From the IMG/VR virus record IMGVR_UViG_3300014913_000759, positions 28,465 to 92,464 of that record: a DNA stretch of 64,000 nt, one strand, 5' to 3'. Under the pieces are notes generated by a model, which had not been told where the DNA came from, searched no databases, and was given only the letters and a program-made list of their open reading frames with translations. The first letter of the stretch is position 1. Every line of letters begins with the position of its first letter. This document shows positions 1 to 9,065 of this stretch, piece after piece. A program made the position numbers and the translations under genes. Source of the DNA: a virus.

Positions 1-346
1 CCGGCATATTCATAAGAAGATCCATATATTTAAAATACGTCTTATGAATCAAGATGTCATCCTCTATATAAACCACATAATCATCTGTCATCTTAAACGC
101 TTTGGCCATACCTTCCAGTATGTTAACAGTCAATCCGTAGCGCTGTGGTCTAAACTCAAAGACACTTTCATAAGGATATTTCTGTAATAGATTGAGTACC
201 TCTTGTGGGGTACCTGCTTCTACTAGAAAGAGTGTTATGAACTGTCCTGGTAAAGAATAATAATCCCTAGCAGCTTTTTCGTATTCTAGAGATAGATAAA
301 GCATTTCGGGGCGATTGTATATGGGTCTGAGTATAATATTCGCCAT
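1..346 (-). CDS. GT-A fold glycosyltransferase (GT2-like), N-terminal part; runs off the window edge
   Basis: Not in the ORF track. ATG at 346-344 overlaps the upstream stop (TAATG). My translation is MANIILRPIYNRPEMLYLSLE...GLTVNILEG...YVVYIEDDILIHK, showing the GT-A N-terminal 'YNRP' strand and an EDD (DxD-type) metal-binding motif; no stop before position 1. Confidence 0.75.
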   Translation of the reverse strand, partial: MANIILRPIYNRPEMLYLSLEYEKAARDYYSLPGQFITLFLVEAGTPQEVLNLLQKYPYESVFEFRPQRYGLTVNILEGMAKAFKMTDDYVVYIEDDILIHKTYFKYMDLLMNMP

Positions 347-858
347 TATAGTTTCCTCACTTTCATCTCAAAGTTGCTGCCTATTTCTTTGTAGTCAATT
401 TCTTTTAGCCCGCAATCAGCACAAATTTTAGAGAACCATGCTCTGTCAAATCCTACATAGTGAAAGTTCTGTGCGTAATCTTGGCCGCCAAAAAGAAGCC
501 AAGAGATTGTGGCTGTGTGTGCTGGGTCTTTCTTCCTATTTACATACTGTTGACATATGTAAGCAAGATTAGGCATACGAAACTCGATTGTTCCGCCCTT
601 CTTCAACACACTTGACCATTCCTTAATAAGTCTCTTTGTCTTAGAAGCGTGTTTATCGCCCGGCGGAAAATGCTCTATGACATCGCTCGCCAGAATGTAA
701 TCCACGCTCTCTGGTTTGAAAGGCAGTGGCTTACTAAGATCTGCACGAACATCCTGTTTAGGCAGACCTTTCCTCACGTCTACGTTAAAACACCTGTTCT
801 GTGCTGGATATTTTCTATATGCGCGCTCTCCGCTTCCTAGATTAAGCGTTATCTTCAT
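346..858 (-). CDS. Class I SAM-dependent methyltransferase (Methyltransf_11-like, type common in glycan loci)
   Basis: Motif I LNLGSG, 'NVD', 'LPFKPESVDYILASDVIEH', 'VLKKGG'. Confidence 0.85.
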   Translation of the reverse strand: MKITLNLGSGERAYRKYPAQNRCFNVDVRKGLPKQDVRADLSKPLPFKPESVDYILASDVIEHFPPGDKHASKTKRLIKEWSSVLKKGGTIEFRMPNLAYICQQYVNRKKDPAHTATISWLLFGGQDYAQNFHYVGFDRAWFSKICADCGLKEIDYKEIGSNFEMKVRKL

Positions 859-1976
859 AGAGATTTAATCTCCTTCAACATCTTCTTGCCAACTTTTTCC
901 CAGGTAAAGTTATTTCCGATGTATCTTTTCATTCTACCTGCTTTTTCCTGCGCCTCATCTGGATTCTCATACACCTGTCTCATAAGTTGCGAGGCGTGGT
1001 GTACGTCTGCAGAAGCCCATAGCTGGTCACCCGTATACCAAGGGCCCCATATCATACCAAATACCGGCTGTAGTGTGTAATCGACTAGGTAGCTATTGTC
1101 GGGCTTTGCGTATTCCAAAGCGCCGCCGAATCCCGTCACTATGATGGGCTTACTGCAGGCACCTGCCGTAAAACCAGAAAGACCAAAACCTTCGCCCCTA
1201 TCCAGAGATACAAAACAGTCTCCTCTTGCGTGTAGGCCCAAAATCTCGTTCCTCGTTAAAAGATCAAGAATTAGATAGACCTTGGCATGTGGATTTGGCA
1301 TAGGCATGACCTGCTTCAGTCTTTTAATCGTCTGCCTGACAATGTCTTTGTCCTTGTCAGAGTAGTTAGTTCTATATGTTTTCATAACTAACGCTACGTT
1401 CTCATTGCTCTGGAAAGCGTGCCAGTATGCTCTCAGCATTGAGGTAGGATTCTTTCTTTCCATGAACTGAAATATACTATAGAATACAAAAGTATCATCA
1501 TCCACACCTTTAATGTCGTACGGCTTAATGCCATCGAACTCGGCCATATCTATGCCGTGAGGAACCACACCAACTGGTACCTTTATACCGCTTTCCTTGT
1601 ATACATCAGAGTTCCAGTCACAGCAGGTGAGAATCATATCCATCTTGTTCATCATCTCTACCCAGTCTGGAGGCAGCTTAGTGGTTTCCCACACAGTGTA
1701 CCCAATATTAACCTTATCAACCTCTTTCTTTGCTTCAAAGTGGTGTGGTGTGTTGTGGTTAATGACTATATTATAATCAATGTCCTTGTTTATAAGACTA
1801 GACAGCGTCTCGCCGTACTTCTCATTGACCGGTCTGATCTCTTCAAAAGATACGGGCGCACACGTAATTGGTATGCCCATCTGATGAAGAGCCATTACAT
1901 AGCCACGCGATGCCTCGCCGTATCCTGATCCGTCTAACAACGGAGAAATATATTTAATCCCCTTTATTTCCATCAT
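855..1976 (-). CDS. GT-B fold glycosyltransferase (GT4-like)
   Basis: N-terminal 'DGSGYG', 'VVPHGID', 'ERKN', C-terminal 'RGEGFGL...PIIVTGFGG'. Confidence 0.88.
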   Translation of the reverse strand: MMEIKGIKYISPLLDGSGYGEASRGYVMALHQMGIPITCAPVSFEEIRPVNEKYGETLSSLINKDIDYNIVINHNTPHHFEAKKEVDKVNIGYTVWETTKLPPDWVEMMNKMDMILTCCDWNSDVYKESGIKVPVGVVPHGIDMAEFDGIKPYDIKGVDDDTFVFYSIFQFMERKNPTSMLRAYWHAFQSNENVALVMKTYRTNYSDKDKDIVRQTIKRLKQVMPMPNPHAKVYLILDLLTRNEILGLHARGDCFVSLDRGEGFGLSGFTAGACSKPIIVTGFGGALEYAKPDNSYLVDYTLQPVFGMIWGPWYTGDQLWASADVHHASQLMRQVYENPDEAQEKAGRMKRYIGNNFTWEKVGKKMLKEIKSL

Positions 1977-2208
1977 CGTCTCCTTTAAACAAGTCTTTTA
2001 TATCTTTCATTCGTGATGCAATCATCACCTCCGGCAACTTCTCATACATCTCGGCCAACTGTGCAAAATCAGCATCTGGGGCCATCAAATGGAACATAAG
2101 AAAAAGCTCTAAGCGTGTTATTTTATTGTCGAGGTAGCTTAGATACTCCCCCAAGGAGTACTCTATTTGCTCTCCATCAGATGTTCTGGTAATATATATG
2201 TTTGGCAT
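1954..2208 (-). CDS. Hypothetical protein
   Basis: 84-aa ORF overlapping both neighbours in the operon; no recognisable motif. Confidence 0.65.
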   Translation of the reverse strand: MPNIYITRTSDGEQIEYSLGEYLSYLDNKITRLELFLMFHLMAPDADFAQLAEMYEKLPEVMIASRMKDIKDLFKGDDDGNKGD

Positions 2209-2909
2209 TACTCTGACCTCATTGTCCTTATTTTGGCCAGTTCCCAGGCGTAGTCATATAAATGTAGGCCTTTAGTGGCGGCCACCAACTCACCATCATC
2301 CACGCCTATTTCACTAGCCATGTATTCCTTGAGTAGTTGTAAGCCCCCTAAATTGGCGGGCAATCCATTATAGAGATCCCATGACCTGAAATAAACAAAG
2401 AAATGAAGTTTGCCGTTGCTAATTCTAGTATCAATATGCCTCAGACATGGAGGGTCGCCAAGCAAAATATCAGATGGTGCTGATATAGACATAGCTGCCT
2501 GGTTAGTGCCATATCCTTTTGTTTTATACATATCAATAACTTCATCAATCTGGTTGACCATTTTCGGAGACATTATTTCGTGCGTATAATATTGCCAACC
2601 GGCGAGGCGTTCTCCGTAAGTATAATCCTCGTTTGGTTGCTTCATGTTTGTCATAAGATATGGTAAATATTCCTCTATATAACCATCTGCCACGGGGTTT
2701 GGTATACCAAGTGAAGCAGGAATATCGGGAATAAGCGGCCTAACACCTGGGTATTTTACATGTATCGTGATGTAATCAAACTCCAGGCGTTGTTGGCCTA
2801 CGTAACTACCGTGGTCAATAGTGTATTTATGGCCACGGTCTAAAATCCCATACACACACTGAAACCATGCGTCCGGCAAGTCTCTTGCTTTTACTTCAAC
2901 TAAATCCAT
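2208..2909 (-). CDS. thyA: Thymidylate synthase (short, archaeal-like ThyA) or dUMP-modifying homologue
   Basis: 'YTYGERL', 'NQID', catalytic 'PPCL', 'FRSWD', 'GLPAN' (Asn at the dUMP-specificity position), 'LHLY'. Confidence 0.88.
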   Translation of the reverse strand: MDLVEVKARDLPDAWFQCVYGILDRGHKYTIDHGSYVGQQRLEFDYITIHVKYPGVRPLIPDIPASLGIPNPVADGYIEEYLPYLMTNMKQPNEDYTYGERLAGWQYYTHEIMSPKMVNQIDEVIDMYKTKGYGTNQAAMSISAPSDILLGDPPCLRHIDTRISNGKLHFFVYFRSWDLYNGLPANLGGLQLLKEYMASEIGVDDGELVAATKGLHLYDYAWELAKIRTMRSE

Positions 2910-4280
2910 CTATATTTCCTCCGCTTCAATAACACCCTCGTCTTCCTTTTCTTCCTCTTTCTTGGGCGCTGAGTCATTTTGAAGCTCTTCGTAAGCTTTA
3001 TCGAAAATTTCTACCCACTGTGGTGCAATGCTTCTTTGCCAATCCATCGACATATTCACCCAACGATAGGCGTTTTCTGCTCTTTCCTTGGCCTCATCGT
3101 AGTTGTTATAGATGTGTAACATCTTTGCCACCATGTCTTCCACGTCTACCAAAGGACGAACCACTTCGTTATCATTAGGTACGACGGTAAACAGGCTTGG
3201 ATTGGTGCCGCTATCAATCAGATAACCTCTCTCCTCAGTAATGAACTCAGTAAGTGCTGTGTTGTTCGGCATAAGAACCGGTGTTTTAGTTGCCATAGCC
3301 TCAATCCAGCTAAGACCAAAACCCTCACCGATACAACTACTAACAACACAATCACTGATATTATAGATCATATTCACAATTTCCCTAGGATATCCTTGAT
3401 TGGGACCAAAATTTTCAGGGAATATTACATCCTCTTTGATGCTTAAACCTTCTGCCTCTACAATCTGAGGTAGATCCCAGCCCTGGTCTTTCTTGGCCAT
3501 ATGCAGGTAGAGAATTGACTCCGGAACTTGCTTTTTGAACTCTCTAAAAGCCTTGATAGTCCTAGGAATGTCCTTGCGTTGCTGATTTCTATTTAAATTT
3601 GTCCATATAAACTTATCAGCGTGTGCACCAAAGTATTTCTTCCTAAACGCCTGTACCTCTGAGTCTGGATGTGGGTAGTACTCACGTGTATTAACGCCGT
3701 GAGGAATTACCGACAACTCCGGAACATCTGGGTACACTAATTCAGACATTTTCTTACCAAATTCACAATAGGCAACAGGATGATCTACAACACTGATGTT
3801 CTTAATCCACTGTGTCTTAGGCGTACCATCGATGGGATAATAACAAATGGACTTAAACTTCTTTCCGCCCATTCTCAAATGTGGAATGAGTTCTGGTAAG
3901 AAGTCCATTATAAAAGTATCCTGCAAGAAAAACAAAAGATCGTACTCCATCTGAGGCATCATCTTACAAATTTTCTGTCTACCATATGGATCGTTCTGTG
4001 GGTTTGTACCGGTAGGCCAAATTCTGTAGGGATATGGATGTGGGTTGCCCCAATAATTAATACCAAGGATGTCTATATCATACCTACCAGTCCTGTACAA
4101 ACCTTCAAATATGTTCCTTGAAACCGTACCAAAACCGGTGGCACAAGAAGGCGTATCACAATAAGCCAATACCTTTATCTTTTTCTCCGGCTGCTTTTGT
4201 GCTGGTGCCTTGGGTGTGGGCATCTTAAACGTCTTCTTTGGGCCCGATGTTTTCTTTTTATTCTTCTTATTCTTTGCCAT
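2910..4280 (-). CDS. GT-B fold glycosyltransferase (GT4-like) with a Lys-rich N-terminal extension and acidic C-terminus
   Basis: 'ATGFG', 'IPHGVN', 'NRNQQRKD', intact E-x7-E motif 'EGFGLSWIEA'. Confidence 0.9.
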   Translation of the reverse strand: MAKNKKNKKKTSGPKKTFKMPTPKAPAQKQPEKKIKVLAYCDTPSCATGFGTVSRNIFEGLYRTGRYDIDILGINYWGNPHPYPYRIWPTGTNPQNDPYGRQKICKMMPQMEYDLLFFLQDTFIMDFLPELIPHLRMGGKKFKSICYYPIDGTPKTQWIKNISVVDHPVAYCEFGKKMSELVYPDVPELSVIPHGVNTREYYPHPDSEVQAFRKKYFGAHADKFIWTNLNRNQQRKDIPRTIKAFREFKKQVPESILYLHMAKKDQGWDLPQIVEAEGLSIKEDVIFPENFGPNQGYPREIVNMIYNISDCVVSSCIGEGFGLSWIEAMATKTPVLMPNNTALTEFITEERGYLIDSGTNPSLFTVVPNDNEVVRPLVDVEDMVAKMLHIYNNYDEAKERAENAYRWVNMSMDWQRSIAPQWVEIFDKAYEELQNDSAPKKEEEKEDEGVIEAEEI

Positions 4281-4283
4281 GTC

Positions 4284-5453
4284 CTATTCTCCTTTTTTCT
4301 TTTTTAGCTTTCTGGTAGCTAAAAAAGGCCTTGTGAAATTTCTTTGTGCACTATCTTCTATAACGTCACGCACTCTAGGCCTCTTTTCAATGTATTTTTT
4401 CACTTGCGCTTTTTTCAGGTTAACCATCTTTGCTAGCTCTCTTTTTGGTACGTACTCGAGAACCTTTCTAACATCGTAGTCCACTCTTGAATTCGACCTG
4501 ACATATAATTCTATTTGGCCATTGTTAACCTCCTTGCCGCCTCGCTTTATCTTCTCCATTATCAACATGGCCATTTCTCTTTCTCGAGCTTCGATGATCT
4601 TCTTTATGTCACGCATCTTCGTCCACTCGTTGATCAGATCTGCGTCACGATAACCCTCTGCGGCTTGAAAACTATAATTACCCTTCTCATATGCTTTCTT
4701 ATAAGTGCGGCAGTAGTCCTTAAAATCGCACCAAGGACAAAAAAGGTTGAGGCTTGGCTCAGCTTCTCTCTTCTTTAGTGCCACCATCTCATCGTGGAGT
4801 TTCTTTATGTAGTCCGAAAAAGCCTGCCTCTCAGCGGGGGTTCTATACGTATCCATTGGATCGTGTTTCAGGAAGTCCAGCCTTAATATAATACGTTTAT
4901 ATTGTGGCCATTTTATGCTCGCAACCAAGTCATAGATAGAAAGCTGGATATCGTGCTTCATATCATCTACAGTCGGCATGGTGTTTGATGTTTTATAGTC
5001 CACCACAAGTAGCGTGTCTTCGTCTACCTCAGTTACCATGTCCATGGCTCCTATAAGAGGGACTCCTTGGTCTGTATGAACCTCGTTGTCCTCATCGGTG
5101 CCGAAAAGCTGCTCCAACCCAATAATCTTTCTACCTGACTCTTTCCAAAAATTATTTAACTTTCTCTCAACTAATTCCTTTCCTAGAATATGAAGGCCAT
5201 AATCTCCCAGGCCGTTTTTAACAGACATCTCGTCATAATAATTCAGAATTTCTGCTCTATCTTCATTATTAAATTCTTCCTTGTCTTGCCAAATTTGGCC
5301 TGCGTATTCTAACGTCTCGTGACAAACCAAACCAAGCTTAAAAGATGGGTTTGTCATCTTAGGCAATTTATCATGGTAATTATACCAATACCTAAGTTTA
5401 CACTCTAAAAACATATTTATGCGCGTTGCGCTTAACTTGACTGTCCGTGGCAT
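4284..5453 (-). CDS. PD-(D/E)XK exonuclease, AddB/Cas4-like, with 4Fe-4S 'staple' cysteines
   Basis: 'LSATRI..FLEC', 'GLVCHETLE', 'GAMD', 'VVDYKT', 'QLSIY', C-terminal 'CPWCDFKDYC'. Confidence 0.85.
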   Translation of the reverse strand: MPRTVKLSATRINMFLECKLRYWYNYHDKLPKMTNPSFKLGLVCHETLEYAGQIWQDKEEFNNEDRAEILNYYDEMSVKNGLGDYGLHILGKELVERKLNNFWKESGRKIIGLEQLFGTDEDNEVHTDQGVPLIGAMDMVTEVDEDTLLVVDYKTSNTMPTVDDMKHDIQLSIYDLVASIKWPQYKRIILRLDFLKHDPMDTYRTPAERQAFSDYIKKLHDEMVALKKREAEPSLNLFCPWCDFKDYCRTYKKAYEKGNYSFQAAEGYRDADLINEWTKMRDIKKIIEAREREMAMLIMEKIKRGGKEVNNGQIELYVRSNSRVDYDVRKVLEYVPKRELAKMVNLKKAQVKKYIEKRPRVRDVIEDSAQRNFTRPFLATRKLKKKKGE

Positions 5454-5457
5454 ATAC

Positions 5458-5646
5458 CTACTCTCCTTCCGCCTCTACTATAGACTTTTCTTCATAATCC
5501 TCATCTAAAGCATATCGAATGAGCTTTTTGCGGCCTCCGCCTATTGCCACAGTGCCACAAGGGCACTTAACATAACTATTAGCCGATTCAGAAAAAACAT
5601 GTGCACCACAATGAATGCACTTTATACTGTTAACTAAAATTTTCAT
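5458..5646 (-). CDS. Small zinc-binding phage protein
   Basis: 'NSIKCIHCG...CPCG..AIGGG' pattern. Confidence 0.7.
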   Translation of the reverse strand: MKILVNSIKCIHCGAHVFSESANSYVKCPCGTVAIGGGRKKLIRYALDEDYEEKSIVEAEGE

Positions 5647-6134
5647 TTCTTCCTCGCTTTCTTTATCTCTTGTTCATAAAAACACACCGACTGCGACAGC
5701 GCGTCCGTCACGTCGTTGTCTTTCTTAAATTCAAAATCGTTTAGGTCATAGAGATCCACCATAACCTTGAAAACATCTTCTTTCTTCTTACAACCGAAGT
5801 GTGCTCTTGGTGTATTTACATTCATTATGAATGGTTCTACACCCAATATGTCCATGCAACACATCTTCGCTACACCAGCAAATTCGCACAATACCTTCAG
5901 CGTCTTTACGTTTCTGCCGCAAAACCCGTTTTCAATGACAACGTAAGATGGTTTATATCTACTAAGCAGTACTCTTATTTCTTCCTTAAAAGAGTGTAGG
6001 CGCTCGGCCCTGCCCTTTTTAGGATTCGTTTTTATAACACCGTAGGCTTTCAGATTGTCTCGTACCGAGAAAGTCCAACCGGTGGATGCTGATGATACGT
6101 CCAGACTTAAGATACCATACTTTCTTTGCCGCAT
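5643..6134 (-). CDS. ruvC: RuvC-like Holliday junction resolvase
   Basis: RNase H-fold acidic residues in '[12 protein letters not shown]', 'VVIEN', 'DVTDAL'. Confidence 0.85.
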   Translation of the reverse strand: MRQRKYGILSLDVSSASTGWTFSVRDNLKAYGVIKTNPKKGRAERLHSFKEEIRVLLSRYKPSYVVIENGFCGRNVKTLKVLCEFAGVAKMCCMDILGVEPFIMNVNTPRAHFGCKKKEDVFKVMVDLYDLNDFEFKKDNDVTDALSQSVCFYEQEIKKARKK

Positions 6135-6904
6135 GAGATCTCCTTCAACATTTTTATTTGTTCTTCCGTTAGATCCTCCTCTTTTGGGAGAATCATCCTA
6201 TACTTTACAAAAAGATCTCCTTTCGGGCCTTTGTTGCGGCCAGTAGTTCCTTCGCCAGGCTGGCGCTCAACGTAGCCATCTGAAATACCTTTGGGTATAT
6301 TCAATGTAATCTCTTTCTTTGTCTCTATCGAGCCTGTACCTTTGCATTCGTCACATTTTTCAACACCCAATTCGCCCAAACCCCTACAAGCGGAACAGGC
6401 CTCTGTCCTTGTAAAAAAAGTATTACCGTCTTGACTGGATTGAATTAGAACACCCTCACCATTACAATTAGGACACTCCTTCCATTCACTGTTTCCTGTC
6501 CCATTACACTTACCACATATATCGTTAAAAACCAAATCAAAAACCATTTCGCCGCCAGTAATAAAGTAATACATAGGGATATCCTTCACAAACTTTAAAT
6601 CTCGGCCCCTTGTTGGTGCGTGACGGTCTGGTCGACGTGTTCGTGGTCCTGGTCTTCCTCCGAAAAAATCAAAACCCATAGCAGAAAAGGGATCTTGTGG
6701 TCGATCATACATTCTCCTCTTCTTATCATCTGATAAAACCGAATATGCTTCCGCTACATCCTTAAACTTCTCCTCAGCCTGTTTGTTATCTGGGTTTCTG
6801 TCTGGATGATACTTTTGTGCCAATTTTCTATAGGCACTCTTAATATCTGCCTTAGAAGCATTTCGATCTACACCTAATGTTTGGTAATGATCTTTTCTAG
6901 CCAC
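6107..6904 (-). CDS. dnaJ: DnaJ co-chaperone (J domain, zinc finger, shortened C-terminal domain)
   Basis: 'DHYQTLGV', HPD motif, '[17 protein letters not shown]', four CxxCxGxG repeats, 'GDLFV'. Confidence 0.93.
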   Translation of the reverse strand: MARKDHYQTLGVDRNASKADIKSAYRKLAQKYHPDRNPDNKQAEEKFKDVAEAYSVLSDDKKRRMYDRPQDPFSAMGFDFFGGRPGPRTRRPDRHAPTRGRDLKFVKDIPMYYFITGGEMVFDLVFNDICGKCNGTGNSEWKECPNCNGEGVLIQSSQDGNTFFTRTEACSACRGLGELGVEKCDECKGTGSIETKKEITLNIPKGISDGYVERQPGEGTTGRNKGPKGDLFVKYRMILPKEEDLTEEQIKMLKEISCGKESMVS

Positions 6905-7280
6905 CGGTTTTTATTACCTCCCAAGTAAAACCACAGTCTGGACACTCCCATCTACCTGGCGCTGACTCGTGGCACACAGTCTGACAACGAAAACACTTAT
7001 GAACGTAGTCTAGCATACTCGAGCTTTTGATTTCTCGTTGATCCATATTTAGAATCATGTCAAACTCCTGAAAAAACTCGTCGTCATCAAACATTTCCTC
7101 TAAACCCATATCAAAAAATGTAGTGTTCTCAATTAACTCACCATCCACAGTCTTCCAGGCCATTCCACATTCCTTACAGACGTTATATTCAATTCTTATC
7201 TCGCCGCCGCAGTGTTTGCACGGTAGACTTTCTACTAATATTGTTCCGCCTGTATTCTTATCGCAATGAACACACCTCAT
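6897..7280 (-). CDS. Multi zinc-ribbon hypothetical protein
   Basis: Five CxxC pairs flanking an acidic linker. Confidence 0.7.
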   Translation of the reverse strand: MRCVHCDKNTGGTILVESLPCKHCGGEIRIEYNVCKECGMAWKTVDGELIENTTFFDMGLEEMFDDDEFFQEFDMILNMDQREIKSSSMLDYVHKCFRCQTVCHESAPGRWECPDCGFTWEVIKTGG

Positions 7281-7288
7281 ATGACCTC

Positions 7289-7702
7289 CTAAGCATCCAT
7301 ATCTGTAGGCTCAAGCATTTCGACCACTTGGCCAATAATATCCACTTCCTTATCCCTAAAAACCAAAGCAATGGGGGCAAACAATTGATTTGGTTTGAGG
7401 TCTGGGTATTGTTTGGTCGCAAACAAAACCTTAGAGATTGCTGGCATATACATAACATTATTCTTCTTATCCAACAAAGAAAACTCTCCATCCTTTGCGC
7501 TGTACATCTTGGGGTCAAGCTTTTCGTAAACACCCTTGCGGGGTACAGTCACCTTATACTCTTTTTTGTCTACCCTAAAAAGGTAATTTGCTGCCGGCAA
7601 TAGGGCAATCGTCGGTGTGCCCATAAGTGCGTCGTTCTTGGTTCGGTCAGCAAGTGCGACCTGAACGTCTCGATCGTTTTTATCAACTGACTTCTTAGTC
7701 AT
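7289..7702 (-). CDS. Hypothetical protein
   Basis: 137-aa ORF preceded by an AGGAGG Shine-Dalgarno site; fits the operon. Confidence 0.7.
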   Translation of the reverse strand: MTKKSVDKNDRDVQVALADRTKNDALMGTPTIALLPAANYLFRVDKKEYKVTVPRKGVYEKLDPKMYSAKDGEFSLLDKKNNVMYMPAISKVLFATKQYPDLKPNQLFAPIALVFRDKEVDIIGQVVEMLEPTDMDA

Positions 7703-7713
7703 CTCGCAACCTC

Positions 7714-8028
7714 CTAATCATTCACCAATTTGAAATTATCAACTAGAACTTCTGTCCAATACTTGTACTCAGAATTTCCACATCCACGACAGGAACCTTC
7801 ATACCTTCTCTCTTCTATATGCCCATGAATCTTAACAAAAGTATTTGAAGGCAGCTCAGCCAAACTTTCAGCAAGATCTTGCCAGGCTGCGATCTTAATG
7901 TATTGGAACTTACCACCCTCTAGTGGTATTGCTATCTTAGCTTTGAACAATTTACTATTGTTTCCTACCGTTTTAAAATCCGGATAAACAATCTTACCAA
8001 TTAGTTCTACAAAATTTGAACCCTCCAC
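7714..8028 (-). CDS. ssb: Single-stranded DNA-binding protein (OB fold), no acidic tail, CxxC insertion
   Basis: 'NFVELIGKI', 'IAAWQDLAE', 'VKIHGHIEERRY', 'TEVLVDNF'; GTG start behind AGGAGG. Confidence 0.8.
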   Translation of the reverse strand: MEGSNFVELIGKIVYPDFKTVGNNSKLFKAKIAIPLEGGKFQYIKIAAWQDLAESLAELPSNTFVKIHGHIEERRYEGSCRGCGNSEYKYWTEVLVDNFKLVND

Positions 8029-8039
8029 AGGATCACCTC

Positions 8040-9065
8040 CTAAACATAACCATTCAAATAAGATTTAAGTGTTTCTTCATCAAGATCGGCAGGGTCCTTT
8101 CCCTCTTCAACCATAAAGATGGTATAGATATTCTCTATCTTACCTCTGAGTTCCTCTACTGCTCTAACCATTCCAGCTGCTCCAGGTGGATCACAATCAA
8201 AGAACAACACAATCCCCTTTGGTGCATACGTAAAAAGGAGATTACATTGGCCCGATGTTATGTGAGCACCCATCACGGCTCCGACATTTTTAATACCCAT
8301 CTGATGTAAACGCCAAACAGACTTAAAACCTTCCACTATTATAAGTGGCTTGTCTTTCAGATGTGCTTTGGCGTTATGTAAATTATAAATCACTTTATCT
8401 TTATCAAAACCTGTTGTGTGGATGTATTTAAAATCATCGTCGTCCACATTATCTCTTACATCACGCAGACTGTAACCTACGAGTTTTTCATTAACGTCTC
8501 TTATAGGAATAACACCTCTTATGTAACCGTGACTATCTGTATAGCCGCCGGCTATCTCAAAAAAGTCCAACGTTTCCCTGGAAAATCCTTTGCGAAGAAA
8601 ATAATCTGTCCTAAGTCCCTTGAACTGTCGGAGGCACTCTTCCGTGACTATCTCCGAATTAGATCGGGGCTTCCTTCTAGACTTTATAAACGCTTCTTTT
8701 TCTTTTTTCCTTTTATGTTCAAGATAATCACTGCTTCCAATATCACCAGTTATCGATTTTAGGTGGCGAACGGCGTCCATGAAATCTACGTTCATTCCGC
8801 CCTTTACCAAACCAATTATATCATTACCAAAGACTTCGTGACAACGGTGTGAAAAACAAACCCAAGTCCTTGTGTCTTTGTTAAATCTAAACGAGGTTTG
8901 GTTGTCGCCTCCGTGTATCTTACAGGCACCCCTAATCTCTTTTCCAGACTCACGTGTTACACTAAAACCCAACGACTCGAGCAGATATCTAGGATCTACA
9001 CTCTCCTTGAGTTTGTCCAACATCAATTTAAAATCTTCTTTATTTGAGTTCTTCATCACTGCCAT
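8040..9065 (-). CDS. dnaG: DnaG-type DNA primase (CHC2 zinc finger + TOPRIM)
   Basis: 'CKIHGGDN..SF...WVCFSHRC', 'IPIRD..GYSLR', 'KYIH', 'IIVEGFKSV', 'FFDCDPPG', 'KDPAD'. Confidence 0.92.
   Translation of the reverse strand: MAVMKNSNKEDFKLMLDKLKESVDPRYLLESLGFSVTRESGKEIRGACKIHGGDNQTSFRFNKDTRTWVCFSHRCHEVFGNDIIGLVKGGMNVDFMDAVRHLKSITGDIGSSDYLEHKRKKEKEAFIKSRRKPRSNSEIVTEECLRQFKGLRTDYFLRKGFSRETLDFFEIAGGYTDSHGYIRGVIPIRDVNEKLVGYSLRDVRDNVDDDDFKYIHTTGFDKDKVIYNLHNAKAHLKDKPLIIVEGFKSVWRLHQMGIKNVGAVMGAHITSGQCNLLFTYAPKGIVLFFDCDPPGAAGMVRAVEELRGKIENIYTIFMVEEGKDPADLDEETLKSYLNGYV

Noticed and set aside
2208-2909. T4-like dCMP hydroxymethylase (hmC/glucosyl-hmC system)
   Set aside because: The specificity residue is Asn (GLPAN), as in dUMP-using enzymes; dCMP hydroxymethylases have Asp there.
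4284-5453. Cas4 / CRISPR-Cas locus
   Set aside because: No repeat-spacer array or other cas genes seen; Fe-S PD-(D/E)XK nucleases are common in phage replication modules.
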